Assembly (NCBI GenBank): GCA_965367815.1
Contig: CBDUKN010000010.1
Span: 1-64,000 of the forward strand
DNA from: an uncultured Thermoprotei archaeon
Lineage (GTDB): Archaea > Thermoproteota > Thermoprotei > Thermofilales > B15-G2
Direction of reading: 5' to 3'
DNA length: 64,000 nt
Shown here one piece after another: positions 29,556-39,197 of the stretch (position 1 is its first letter; every line of letters begins with the position of its first letter). The position numbers and the translations under genes are program-made. The notes beneath the pieces are model-generated. The model did no database searches and was not told the DNA's origin. It saw only the letters and a program-made list of their open reading frames with translations.

Positions 29556-30035
29556 TTAAGGTTTACTTATTTTTGTTGCTATTTCTTTTACTAGTTTTTC
29601 TGCTTTCTTTAGTGCTGTGTCTACGTCGTCTTTAGTACACCAGTTTTCGTAGAAACATATATGCATTGAACAAGCGTATGCCCAGGTATCACGTACCCAG
29701 TCTCCTAGTTCGCTTGCTATGATAGATTTGTATATCCATAGCTCTCTGTGGCTTGTGAGACGTTTACCTTCTTTCCAGAAGGCATAGGCTTTAACGGCTA
29801 ATGCTACTGCACCCCATATTTTCTCAGCAGCTTGCCTAATATTGTTTCTTTTAAGCTCTTTTTTAGCCTCGTCTAGGAGCTCAAATGATGCTTCAATATA
29901 GTCTTTTGCTCTATTTCTGGGATCTAGCTTTTGTGTTGCTATTTCAAGTAGGTATTCTTCTAGACTTAAATTAAGTTTAGAGGCTTCTTCTTTAAGTCTT
30001 TTGGCAATAATACCCTTTACTACTATAGTACTCAT
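29556..30035 (-). CDS. PaREP1 (HEPN-fold) protein with N-terminal RHH-like segment
   Basis: QAAEKIWGAVALAVKA...SHRELW...WAYACSMHICFYE. Confidence 0.9.
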   Translation of the reverse strand: MSTIVVKGIIAKRLKEEASKLNLSLEEYLLEIATQKLDPRNRAKDYIEASFELLDEAKKELKRNNIRQAAEKIWGAVALAVKAYAFWKEGKRLTSHRELWIYKSIIASELGDWVRDTWAYACSMHICFYENWCTKDDVDTALKKAEKLVKEIATKISKP

Positions 30036-30100
30036 AATCTACTTACTTTATTCAAAAATCTACTTAAATTTTTCTTTAGATATTATTTAAGTAGATTATG
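30033..30100. repeat. Triple AATCTACTTA motif (two direct, one inverted) over the PaREP1 promoter/start
   Basis: 30057-30069 and 30085-30097 form a perfect 13-bp inverted repeat; 30033-30045 is the reverse complement of 30088-30100. Confidence 0.8.
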
Positions 30101-30170
30101 TGAAATACAATGTCAGGTATTTTGATTTATTCTCTGTTTGCTATGATGTGCTAAGGAAAAAATATTTGTG

Positions 30171-30315
30171 TAAAGTATATTTCTGGATATACTTGTGAGA
30201 AATATACTTATTAGGAATACTGATCTTGCTCGCTAGAGTAGGGGTTGAGAGGAGAGTGCTTGTGCATAGTAGGAGGAAGGTTTCAGAAATATAGAGGTGC
30301 TAAAGGTATGAGATT
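30171..30315 (+). pseudogene. Internally deleted degenerate copy of ATPase gene 35328..36581
   Basis: 30171-30280 matches 35304-35411; 30281-30302 matches 36435-36456; 30304-30315 matches 36514-36525. Confidence 0.8.
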
Positions 30316-31045
30316 CTAGTGGAGCTATTGTAGAAGAGTCAGTAGAGCTAGAGGGAGAAGTTTTAGCAAAAAGAGTCTCTTCTAATGAAGTTTCAGCATT
30401 TACTGGTAAAGGATCATATTCCTATTAAAGCATCTAAGTCTATTTTAAGTATCAAAAACATCGATAACATACACACTAGTATAGCTCGATTTAAAAATGT
30501 TTTAAGGGATATTAAAACATATTCTTTTATACCTAAGGAAATTAAAGAAGAGAGCAAGGTAGGATTTAGTTTAGAGCTGAGTCGTACTGAGAGAACCTCG
30601 CTACTGTTCTTCACAACTTACTCGTATACGATAGAAAACACTTCCTAACTATTGAGGAGATATTGAAGAGTCTAGTACCTGAAGTAGAGGAAATAGATGT
30701 TCCTTTAACTAAAGACGGCACTCATACCTATATTTGTGTACATGAAAGAGATCTAAGAGGATCTCTCAGTTTTGCTAATATTTCTGACAGCACTTTAAGG
30801 CTACTAGCATTTATTATCGCTCTCTACTCAGATAAAAGTATTATTTGTTTCGAGGAACCTGAAAATAATGTACACTCCTATCTTTTTGAGACTCTATTAG
30901 ATCTTATGTGAAAATCTCCTTCACAAATACTCATTATGACACATTCCCCTTACCTATTGGACAAAGCTAAGTTAGAAGAGCTTAAAATAATAGTTAAACA
31001 TAAAGGAAAAACTATTGTAAAAATGCTTACAGTCTCCCTTCATTA
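30316..31045 (+). pseudogene. AAA_21/AbiEii-type ABC ATPase remnant
   Basis: ISDSTLRLL signature, FEEPENNVH Walker B, in-frame TGA at 30909 then QILIMTHSPYLLD; N-terminus missing. Confidence 0.8.
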
Positions 31046-31077
31046 AATAAGATTAAAGCACTTTTAGAACAAGGAAG

Positions 31078-31616
31078 TTGAGTGAAATATTGATCTTTGT
31101 AGAAGAACCTATAGACAGAGGAGTAGTCTCAGCTATTTTAGAAAAATTAAATTTAAGAAAAACTATTAAAATAAGATTAATGAGAGGCAATAGATTAGAA
31201 CTTTTACCAAAATACGTTAATGCATACAAATGTAAAATAATAGTCTTAAAAGATCTTCATACACTTAATGAAAAATATCTTTTATCAAAATTTAATAGAA
31301 TTAAAAATATGATAGAGCAATCGTCGAGAAAACACGTATACTTAATTATAGTTAAGAAAGCAATTGAAGCATGGCTTTTAGCCGATATAGAGTCTATCAC
31401 TTCACACTATAAATGTAACATTAAAGTTCACATAGGAAATCCTGAAAAATAAGTGATCCTGCAGAAGAACTCGATAAAATACTCAGAAAATGCGGTAAAA
31501 GATACTTCAAAAACGAAAAATTAGCATATACTCTAGCCTTACAAATAGATATAGAAAAAGCATGTAAAAAATCAAATTCTCTATTAGAATTCATTAAACT
31601 AATATCCTCCATTTAA
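31078..31616 (+). pseudogene. DUF4276/TOPRIM-like partner of the ATPase, frameshifted
   Basis: IFVEEPID, VLKDL, AIEAWLLAD, NPE; extra A at 31445-31449 then ISDPAEEL...IDIEKACKKSNSL. Confidence 0.7.
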
Positions 31617-31724
31617 ACTTATCTAGAGTTAATAATAAAGCTTAGGGAGCTCGAAGTCCGGTAATAAATACTTAGTTTTTGAAGATATAGCGCTTAAATA
31701 TCGAACTATAAGCACTAGCTTTCA

Positions 31725-32618
31725 CTATGATTTTCTGTTGCGCCTTTTTCTTCTATACAAAGTAATGAACGCAGCTACAAGCGAAGCTATGAATATAATT
31801 AATGGAAGATTTCCTACAATAAAAGCAGTAATCTGAACACTTAGCTCCACAGGACCTAAATCCGCATTAGTATCATACAAAACATAGCTACTATAGGAAG
31901 AAAATTGATATACTCCAGTAAGCTCTATAGCCTTAAAGAAAGCTTCCCTCGCATGACAAAGATCTCCTCGCACTAATATGCCAGTATCATAATCGTATAG
32001 TAGATCAAAAAATAGTGAATAAACAGCATATATTCTTTGAGCACCCTGAGGAGTATTAGCATAATGTGGAGGATTTAGACCAGAGATTTCTACTTTAATT
32101 TTAGTAATATTTCCTTTTTCCGAAGGAATAAATTTAGCAAAGTGTTTAGTATACCACACTAATTTACCCGTACTTTCATAAAGAAAATCAACCTTACTCT
32201 TTCTAGGGTATCTTTCAAAAAACATATAAGTTACACCTATTCTTTCACCATTCATGAAAACTTCTCTCGTCAAAACATTTACTTTTACTACGCAGCTTTT
32301 ACTATAATTAAGTAAAGTTATCTTTATATAAGCAATATCGTCCTCAACCTTAATAATCTCCCATTTCAATAAATAAAATGGCTTAAGTGTATAACCATAA
32401 ACCTTGTATATGAAGTAAGTACCTTTTCTTAACCATGGATAGGGCTGAGAAAATGACTTATATAAACTAGCAACAATCATTAGGGAAAGGAATAGAAAAA
32501 TGAAAAGAGTACTTATTTTAAGGTTTCTTAACATTAATAGACCCCTTAAGTGCTTTAGAATACCCGTATGTTCTCTGAACTCCTGCATATGCCTGATAAT
32601 GTTCATAATATATTCCAT
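31725..32618 (-). CDS. Secreted/surface protein with C-terminal membrane anchor (start probably ~32534)
   Basis: Signal-like hydrophobic N-terminus, beta-rich body (YDYDTGILV), C-terminal TM followed by RRKRR. Confidence 0.7.
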   Translation of the reverse strand: MEYIMNIIRHMQEFREHTGILKHLRGLLMLRNLKISTLFIFLFLSLMIVASLYKSFSQPYPWLRKGTYFIYKVYGYTLKPFYLLKWEIIKVEDDIAYIKITLLNYSKSCVVKVNVLTREVFMNGERIGVTYMFFERYPRKSKVDFLYESTGKLVWYTKHFAKFIPSEKGNITKIKVEISGLNPPHYANTPQGAQRIYAVYSLFFDLLYDYDTGILVRGDLCHAREAFFKAIELTGVYQFSSYSSYVLYDTNADLGPVELSVQITAFIVGNLPLIIFIASLVAAFITLYRRKRRNRKS

Positions 32619-33018
32619 TTCTAGTTATTATTTCAAAAGTTCTCTCACATATACATACCGCTGTAATAGATTCCTGAGACGCGGATAATCTGAGAGAATT
32701 ACCTGTAGTATATCCCTCAGCAGCAACGCCTGAATCCGTTCTAAGCACTACATGTAATGGACCATAGTAAAGAACTCCCAGCACGTTAATGTAGCTAGAG
32801 CCTTTAGCTTCTTCATAACCGTAGTAAGGAATATCGTCAGTATAGTAGCCCCAAACTTCAGCTTTAACATAGTAGTTTGGATAGGGGCCAGCTATATCCG
32901 AGTCATAGTCACGATATTCTTGCGCAAATACTTTAATTGCAGTAATTGAAAACATAGTTATTATTGCCGCTAACAGTATTGATTTGAAGAGAATTTTTAA
33001 TATGTCTTTCCTATTCAT
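32518..33018 (-). CDS. Small secreted protein
   Basis: Signal peptide ending VFA-Q; Tyr/Gly-rich mature part. Confidence 0.65.
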   Translation of the reverse strand: MNRKDILKILFKSILLAAIITMFSITAIKVFAQEYRDYDSDIAGPYPNYYVKAEVWGYYTDDIPYYGYEEAKGSSYINVLGVLYYGPLHVVLRTDSGVAAEGYTTGNSLRLSASQESITAVCICERTFEIITRNGIYYEHYQAYAGVQRTYGYSKALKGSINVKKP

Positions 33019-33069
33019 TCTGTCACCAAAAGTATTATATTTTTCGAGTATATATATTACGGTGTAGTA

Positions 33070-33996
33070 ATGGTCAAAAATATTGTCGAGGCTAAAGATT
33101 TGTGTAAAAACTTTGGTAAGATTAGGGCATTAGATCATTTGAATGCCATCTTTCCTAAGGGTATTTGCGGACTTATAGGACCTAATGGATCTGGAAAAAC
33201 TACTTTTATCCATATCTTAGTAGGATTAGTGAAACCTGATAGCGGTAAAGCATATGTTCTTGGACATGATTCTCAGAAAGATTCGCTGAAAATTAGGAGA
33301 AGAATTGGAGTACTGCTCGAAGACGAGAGTTTTCCCCAGAATTTATCTGTTTACGAGTACTTGAGATATGTGAGTAAAATTAAGGGATACAGTATTAGAA
33401 AAACTATTAGAATTTGTAAAGAAGTAGGTCTTTATGAGTACTTAGATAGGAAGATTAAGACTTTGTCTGCAGGAATGTTTAAAATGCTTGGTTTAGTGCA
33501 AGCATTAATTGGTGACCCCGAATTAGTAATACTCGATGAGCCTACAGCGAATTTAGATCCCTTAAAAAGAAAAAGACTTCTCAACTACATTCAAAGAGTA
33601 CACAGAGAGAAAAAAGTAAATTTCCTAATTTCTTCTCATGTTCTGCCTGAATTAGAGGAAATATGTAACTGGGCAGTTTTCATATACAAAGGAAAGGCAA
33701 TAGATCAAGGGTATCTTAAAGATCTCTATGTTAAGTACAGTACTGGAATTTATGAAATTATATCTGACAAGCCTAAAGTACTGGCAGAGTATTTGAAAAG
33801 TTTTAAGAGTATAGATATTGTTGAAGAAAAAGACGATGTTTTGAGAATTAAAGTAAAAAACTATAGTGAATTGAAAAATGCATTATCTAAAGCACTTGCC
33901 GAAAAATCTATTCAAATAATTTCTTTTAGGCCTTTAGGAGGATTAAGAGAGGTGTTTAGCCGTGCTGTCGAAAAATATTCTGAGGTTATTAATTAA
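33070..33996 (+). CDS. ABC-2 type exporter ATPase
   Basis: GPNGSGKTT, LSAGM, ILDEPTANLDP, ISSH. Confidence 0.92.
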   Translation: MVKNIVEAKDLCKNFGKIRALDHLNAIFPKGICGLIGPNGSGKTTFIHILVGLVKPDSGKAYVLGHDSQKDSLKIRRRIGVLLEDESFPQNLSVYEYLRYVSKIKGYSIRKTIRICKEVGLYEYLDRKIKTLSAGMFKMLGLVQALIGDPELVILDEPTANLDPLKRKRLLNYIQRVHREKKVNFLISSHVLPELEEICNWAVFIYKGKAIDQGYLKDLYVKYSTGIYEIISDKPKVLAEYLKSFKSIDIVEEKDDVLRIKVKNYSELKNALSKALAEKSIQIISFRPLGGLREVFSRAVEKYSEVIN

Positions 33997-34717
33997 TATA
34001 ATGTCTCTTCAAATGAGCGTTACATGGTCTAGGCTAGTATTGTGGATAACTATTATACTGTTAATAACAATTACTCTACTCTATTATCAGTCAGCTCCAT
34101 ATACAGTAGATCCATATTCTGTGGAAATGAGTAAAATGGAAAGTTTGTCTGCTATGAGAGATGCCTTAGTATTATCTTCAATGATATATACGATGATTTT
34201 GATTATTATAGGTGTAATGGCGTGGACTATGCCTTTAAAAAGATGCCTTGTTAAGACATTTTTGTCTCTGCCTATCGGTAGGAGTGTGTTTTTTATAGGT
34301 AATGTTTTTAATATTTTCTTGCCACCATTTATTGTTTTCTTGGTTGCTCATGTTTTTGCAGGACTATATATTTTGAGCTATGTATCAGTTTTTGATTTAT
34401 TGTTACTATTTCCGCTCATTCTACTAAATACTTTATTTATTGTGTCTATTGTGACACTAATTTCTCTTATAGTAAAGGATAGTATAGTGTCGCTTTTCTT
34501 GGCTTCGTCTATTTTTCTTTTACCTTATCAATTTCCCATGCAACTTAAATACATTAATTCATGCTACTTTTACACGGTAACTGTTGCTTACATATGGCAC
34601 TGCGTAAAACATGTATCTTACTCTGAAGCTATAAACCTTATTGCAGTTACTTCTCTAGTGACTTCTATAGCACTGATTTTATCTTTTATTTATTTTCTTA
34701 AAATGGATGTTGATTAG
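33962..34717 (+). CDS. ABC-2 type permease
   Basis: 6 TM, TFLSLPIGRS, C-terminal YFLKMDVD. Confidence 0.82.
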   Translation: MLSKNILRLLINIMSLQMSVTWSRLVLWITIILLITITLLYYQSAPYTVDPYSVEMSKMESLSAMRDALVLSSMIYTMILIIIGVMAWTMPLKRCLVKTFLSLPIGRSVFFIGNVFNIFLPPFIVFLVAHVFAGLYILSYVSVFDLLLLFPLILLNTLFIVSIVTLISLIVKDSIVSLFLASSIFLLPYQFPMQLKYINSCYFYTVTVAYIWHCVKHVSYSEAINLIAVTSLVTSIALILSFIYFLKMDVD

Positions 34718-34725
34718 GTGAGAAT

Positions 34726-35214
34726 ATGAAAGTTCAGAAAATAGGCGAAATATTAGTCATGTTGGGTATCGCGATTTTACTGTCTAATTTAATAAGGTCA
34801 AGTAACTATAGTGAATGTTGCGGTTTCTTGTTAAAGCCTAGTAAAGAGGCTATTGAGGGATTTAGACTTCCTCCGAGAAATATTAGGTTTGAGGTAAACG
34901 TCAAAGGAGGGAGTATTGACCTATACTTTTTGAGCGAAAATGATTTTAAGAAGATGAAGGAAGGGAAAGTTGCTTATATTAAGTATTTTCATAATATAAC
35001 TAGTTTGCAATGGGAATTTACTGTTGAGCGTGGAAACTATTTTATTTTAATAAAACCTATTAAGTTTACTGATAATGAAGTGTTCGTCGAAGTATACTTG
35101 ACTCTTTATGGTATAGAAAGAGATATGACCTATATTGGGTTTAGTTTAATATCAGTGGGAATAGCGCTAGTGTGTCTTACTAAAGTATTCAAAAGAGCTA
35201 ATGAATTTAAATAA
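34726..35214 (+). CDS. Membrane protein with extracellular beta-sandwich (GOLD-like)
   Basis: N- and C-terminal TM; GGSIDLYFL...GNYFILI. Confidence 0.6.
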   Translation: MKVQKIGEILVMLGIAILLSNLIRSSNYSECCGFLLKPSKEAIEGFRLPPRNIRFEVNVKGGSIDLYFLSENDFKKMKEGKVAYIKYFHNITSLQWEFTVERGNYFILIKPIKFTDNEVFVEVYLTLYGIERDMTYIGFSLISVGIALVCLTKVFKRANEFK

Positions 35215-35327
35215 TATAATTTCAATTTGTTAGAAAGCTGTGTTGCACAGCTTAAGGAAAGAAGTTATTTCAAGAAGGAGCGGCTGGAAGTGTAACGTTT
35301 ATATAAAGTATATTTCTGAATATACTT

Positions 35328-36581
35328 GTGGAAAATATACTTGTCAGATATACTGACCTTGCTCGCTGGAGTAGAGTTGGGAGAAGGGTACTTGTGTATG
35401 GTAGGAGGAAAGTGGGTAAGAGTTTCTTTGTAAAGCGTTTTACTAAGTGGGATGCTTATTTTCACGTTAAGAGAAGTGGAGGAATTCTTGAGCTTGATTC
35501 TTTGCGTGAAATTGACTACAATTACTTGAAAGATTACATTCTTAAGGAAAAGGATAAGAGAATCGTTGTAGATGAGTTTCATCGATTGCCGGAAGATTTT
35601 CTTGATTTTCTTCAAGCATATGCTCATGACTTAAATTTAGTGCTAATTACATCTACTCTGTGGCTTTCGCGGAAAATTCTTGGAGAAGACTCGCCTATTT
35701 TAGGATTATTCGAGGAATTTCGCATGAATATTGTAGATGAAAGAGACGCGATAATGTTTCTTAAAGATAGAGTTAAAGGTAAAGAGCTAATAGATACGGC
35801 TGTCTATATTAGGGAGCCTTGGATTATACCTTTACTTAAAGAAAGTGTGTATAAGGATATTCCGAGGATTTTAGTGGAGCAAAAGAATACTGTAGAGAGG
35901 CTTATCGGCGAAATATTTAGGGAAGAAGAAAGAGAGCTCAAGAAAACATATTTGGCTATAATGGAGGCAGTGGCTAATGGGAAGAAAAAGTCTACTGAAA
36001 TATCTTCTTTTCTTTACTCGAGGAGGATCTTAGAAAAAGATGACGCGAGTTTAATTCAAAGCTATTTAACTACACTCTGCAACATAGGGGTACTTGAGAG
36101 AGTTAATGTAGTTAATAAGAAGTACTGGTATTATCAGCATGTATCTCCTATAATAGATCTTTACTTTTACTTGGATAGTAAGTATGGTTTTTCCGAGATA
36201 GATATACCTGTAGAGGAAGTAGAGAAAGTTTTCTTAATGAAGCTTCCTTTACATGTAGAGCAGTTTTTCCGAAATCTATTATCGAAGCTATTTGGGCTGA
36301 GGAAAGGTATGGCAGTTGAGAAAGAATATGATGTAGACATTGTTCTTCAGTCTTTCAGGAAAGTAAGCTTAGTGGCTGAAGTAAAGTGGAAGAAGAGTGT
36401 TTCTAGGCAAGAAGTGCGGCGCCTAGAAGAAAGATTTCAGAAATATAGAGGCGCTAGAAAAATACTAATAGTGCCTGAAGAAAATGTACTGGAGATTGAG
36501 CCCGAGGAGATAGAGGTATGGGATTGTGATAGAGTTGTAGGAGAAGTATCTAAGTGTATAGAGCGTTTAAAAAAGACTTGA
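35328..36581 (+). CDS. Archaeal ATPase with C-terminal DUF234-like PD-(D/E)xK domain
   Basis: YGRRKVGKS, VVDEFHRL, DVDIV...AEVKWK. Confidence 0.88.
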   Translation: MENILVRYTDLARWSRVGRRVLVYGRRKVGKSFFVKRFTKWDAYFHVKRSGGILELDSLREIDYNYLKDYILKEKDKRIVVDEFHRLPEDFLDFLQAYAHDLNLVLITSTLWLSRKILGEDSPILGLFEEFRMNIVDERDAIMFLKDRVKGKELIDTAVYIREPWIIPLLKESVYKDIPRILVEQKNTVERLIGEIFREEERELKKTYLAIMEAVANGKKKSTEISSFLYSRRILEKDDASLIQSYLTTLCNIGVLERVNVVNKKYWYYQHVSPIIDLYFYLDSKYGFSEIDIPVEEVEKVFLMKLPLHVEQFFRNLLSKLFGLRKGMAVEKEYDVDIVLQSFRKVSLVAEVKWKKSVSRQEVRRLEERFQKYRGARKILIVPEENVLEIEPEEIEVWDCDRVVGEVSKCIERLKKT

Positions 36582-36586
36582 GTATA

Positions 36587-37711
36587 TTATAGGCCTACAA
36601 TTATTTCAGGATAGTTTTCTACTCTTCTTCCTTCAGTGAACTTGTTGTCGAGCACTATTTTCTTTATGTGTAGTGTGTTCTTGATGTCTTCTAGACATAG
36701 CTCTGTTTCTCTGCGGTATTTTCCTGGATTTATTGTAGCTGAGTCTACTTCCTTGCTTAAAGGTATTCTTTTATCGTGTTTGAGTCTGCGTAACTCAGCT
36801 GTTACTGCTACAGCTATATCGCCTATACGAGCCTTTTCTTCACTATACTCGGGGGGTTTAGGCCAAGGAGCTACTGTAATGCTTATCCAAGGTTCTTTTC
36901 CTTCGTAGAGCCTGTAGTAGAGTTCTTCTGATATATGGGGAGCGAAAACTGATAGCATTTTAAGCAAGTCGAGTATAATGGTGTGGAGTGTGTATTTGGC
37001 TGCTTCACTTGAAGCTACTCTATATTTAATTAGCTCTAAGTAATGGTCGCAGAATTTATGCCAAGTGAAGTCAATTAACTTGACTATAGCTGACTGGAAG
37101 TCGAAGTCCTCTAGGCTTTCTTCTACTTCTCTTACTATTTGAGCAAATTCGCGTAGAATCCAGTTGTCTACCTCTTTGAGGTCTTCCGGAGACATTTTCT
37201 TCGATGGCTTGTAGTCTTTAATGAATAGGTAGGCTAGTCGCGTGGCGTTCCATATTTTAGTGAGAAATCTCTTAGCGTAGCTTAGTCCCTGCCAAGAGAA
37301 CTTTAAGTCAGAGCCAGTGGCGGCTGCTGAAGCAACCCATATACGGAAAGCATCTGCTCCATACTTTTCGATTACTTCAAGTAAGCTTACGTAGTTTCCA
37401 TAGCTCTTGTGCATCATTCTGCCATCGGTTCCTCTCATCATGCCGTTTATTAGCGCTGTTCTGTACTGTGTTTTCCCGAAAAGCGCTATTCCTCTAACTA
37501 AGAGATAGTAGTCCCATGTTCTAATAATATCGAAGCCGTTAGGCTGAAGATCTGCTGGAAATAGCCTATCGTCTAGTTTATCTGGCCAGCCAGCGTGAAC
37601 TGCCGCCGTGATACTGGAGTCCATCCAAGTATCCATTACGCCTTTCTCTTCCCAGAATTTTTGCCACTTAGGCTCTATTTCCCGGAAATTGTATCTCTTA
37701 GGAAAAACTAT
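36587..37711 (-). pseudogene. valS: Valyl-tRNA synthetase with large in-frame internal deletion
   Basis: IVFPKRYNFREIEPKWQKFWEEKG joined directly to VMDTWMDSS; DIIRTW, MHKSYGN, YGADAFR, KIWNA, FCDHYLE present; HIGH and editing domain absent. Confidence 0.85.
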
Positions 37712-37826
37712 TTCGATAGAAGCTCTTTTTGTACTAAAAGTTAGCTGACTTCCGGCAAGATGTCACCTGTTTTAAAGATTGAGAAAATTCCTAATATTCT
37801 TTTCGGAGCTGTGCTAAAACACTGAT

Positions 37827-39197
37827 TTATTCTGTTTCTTCTCTTCGCTTTCTTTTTCTAAGTCTCTTAAGTTTCCACTGAATATTTGACAGTGTCTCTA
37901 GTGAGAATACTCTCGCAGTCACGTAGAGCAGTACTAGTGAACAGAGAATAGATACTGCCAAGTATACTGGTGTTTCTGGCGGAAGACGACTTATCATAGC
38001 CTGCTTAACCATTATTATTGGCTGAGTAAGCGGAATACAGTAGAGAGCAACCTTAACTGCTGGAGAAAACATTTTGAGCGGAGCAAATGCTACGAGATAT
38101 CCTGGTATAAATACTGCCATTGAGAGCGGGCCTACGAGTGTTCCGGCTATACGGACGTCGCTGCTGAATGCTCCAATAATGAGGCCTAGTGTAGCGGTAA
38201 AGAATATTGTGGCTATCATGCTTATTGTTATGAAAGCTAGGTCCTGCGTAGATATCATAACGTTGCTGAAACTGAAGAATCCTGTTTCGAACTCAGATGT
38301 CTCTGGTACAGTGAACGCTGAGGCGAAGATGTACATATATGCTATGTAGCCGAGAATATTCAGGAGAGAGCCTATTACTGATACAATAAAGGATCCGAGA
38401 AGCTTGGATAAGAGTATTTCCATGGGGGAGATGGGAAATGTGAGTAGAGTCTCTAGAGTCTTTTCTTCGTTTTCTACGGCCATTGATGTAGCCGATAACT
38501 GTATTACTGTAACGGCGATAATCATGAGAATAAGCGGCATGAAGAATGATGCGAAGCCAAGCGAAGTAATTAACATGAACGGGCTACCAGCAATAAGAAT
38601 ATCTTTGCCTTCAAGGTAGCTTACAGACTGCTCTGTGACAGGATTCACTAACACGTCGTATGGTGCTTGAGCACCCGCAGCGTACTTTTCTCCAAGATAC
38701 CTTTCAATGAGAGGCTGTATTCTCCCTGTTTTAGCAGCTGAGCCCCCGAAAATTGTTATTTCTTTAACAATATTGAGGCAGTACAGCTTAACTCTCTCTT
38801 TTTTCACTACTTTTTCGCTGAAATCGGGTGGAATGACTAAGATCAACTCTAAGTCTAATTTCTGTTGCCTAATATGATCTACTATTTTCCTGAAAGTATT
38901 CGATGAAAGCTCTTCTGCACTAAAATCTATCTTGTAGATTATTAAACGGCTTTCATTCTTTTTAGACTCTAAATAAGACAGTAGTTTTGCTCCCTCAGAG
39001 CCCTTGTCTAAGCATATTACTCCGACTTTTAAATACCCTTTAACAGCTTCCTCAAATACAGATTTCATAGGAAACTGTATTACTAAAGCCATTATCGGCA
39101 TTATCAGCGCTCCAATAATAAAGGGAATCCATATTCTCGGGTCTCTAATTAAGTCTTTTATTTCTTTAACTACAAGAGGCTTCAACATAGTTCTCAC
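37827..39197 (-). CDS. ABC-2/NatB-like permease
   Basis: KEIKDLIRD, ENEEKTLETLLTFP, multiple TM. Confidence 0.88.
   Translation of the reverse strand: MRTMLKPLVVKEIKDLIRDPRIWIPFIIGALIMPIMALVIQFPMKSVFEEAVKGYLKVGVICLDKGSEGAKLLSYLESKKNESRLIIYKIDFSAEELSSNTFRKIVDHIRQQKLDLELILVIPPDFSEKVVKKERVKLYCLNIVKEITIFGGSAAKTGRIQPLIERYLGEKYAAGAQAPYDVLVNPVTEQSVSYLEGKDILIAGSPFMLITSLGFASFFMPLILMIIAVTVIQLSATSMAVENEEKTLETLLTFPISPMEILLSKLLGSFIVSVIGSLLNILGYIAYMYIFASAFTVPETSEFETGFFSFSNVMISTQDLAFITISMIATIFFTATLGLIIGAFSSDVRIAGTLVGPLSMAVFIPGYLVAFAPLKMFSPAVKVALYCIPLTQPIIMVKQAMISRLPPETPVYLAVSILCSLVLLYVTARVFSLETLSNIQWKLKRLRKRKRREETE

Noticed and set aside
30033-30100. AATCTACTTA...TAAGTAGATT resembles a Cas12a-type repeat stem
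   Set aside because: Only three short copies in mixed orientation, no spacer periodicity and no cas genes; better explained as an operator.
37712-37760. Possible bulge-helix-bulge intron restoring the valS start
   Set aside because: A short AGCT/CTTTT-AAAAG stem exists, but the outer helix does not pair and the implied splice leaves the TAA and the wrong frame.
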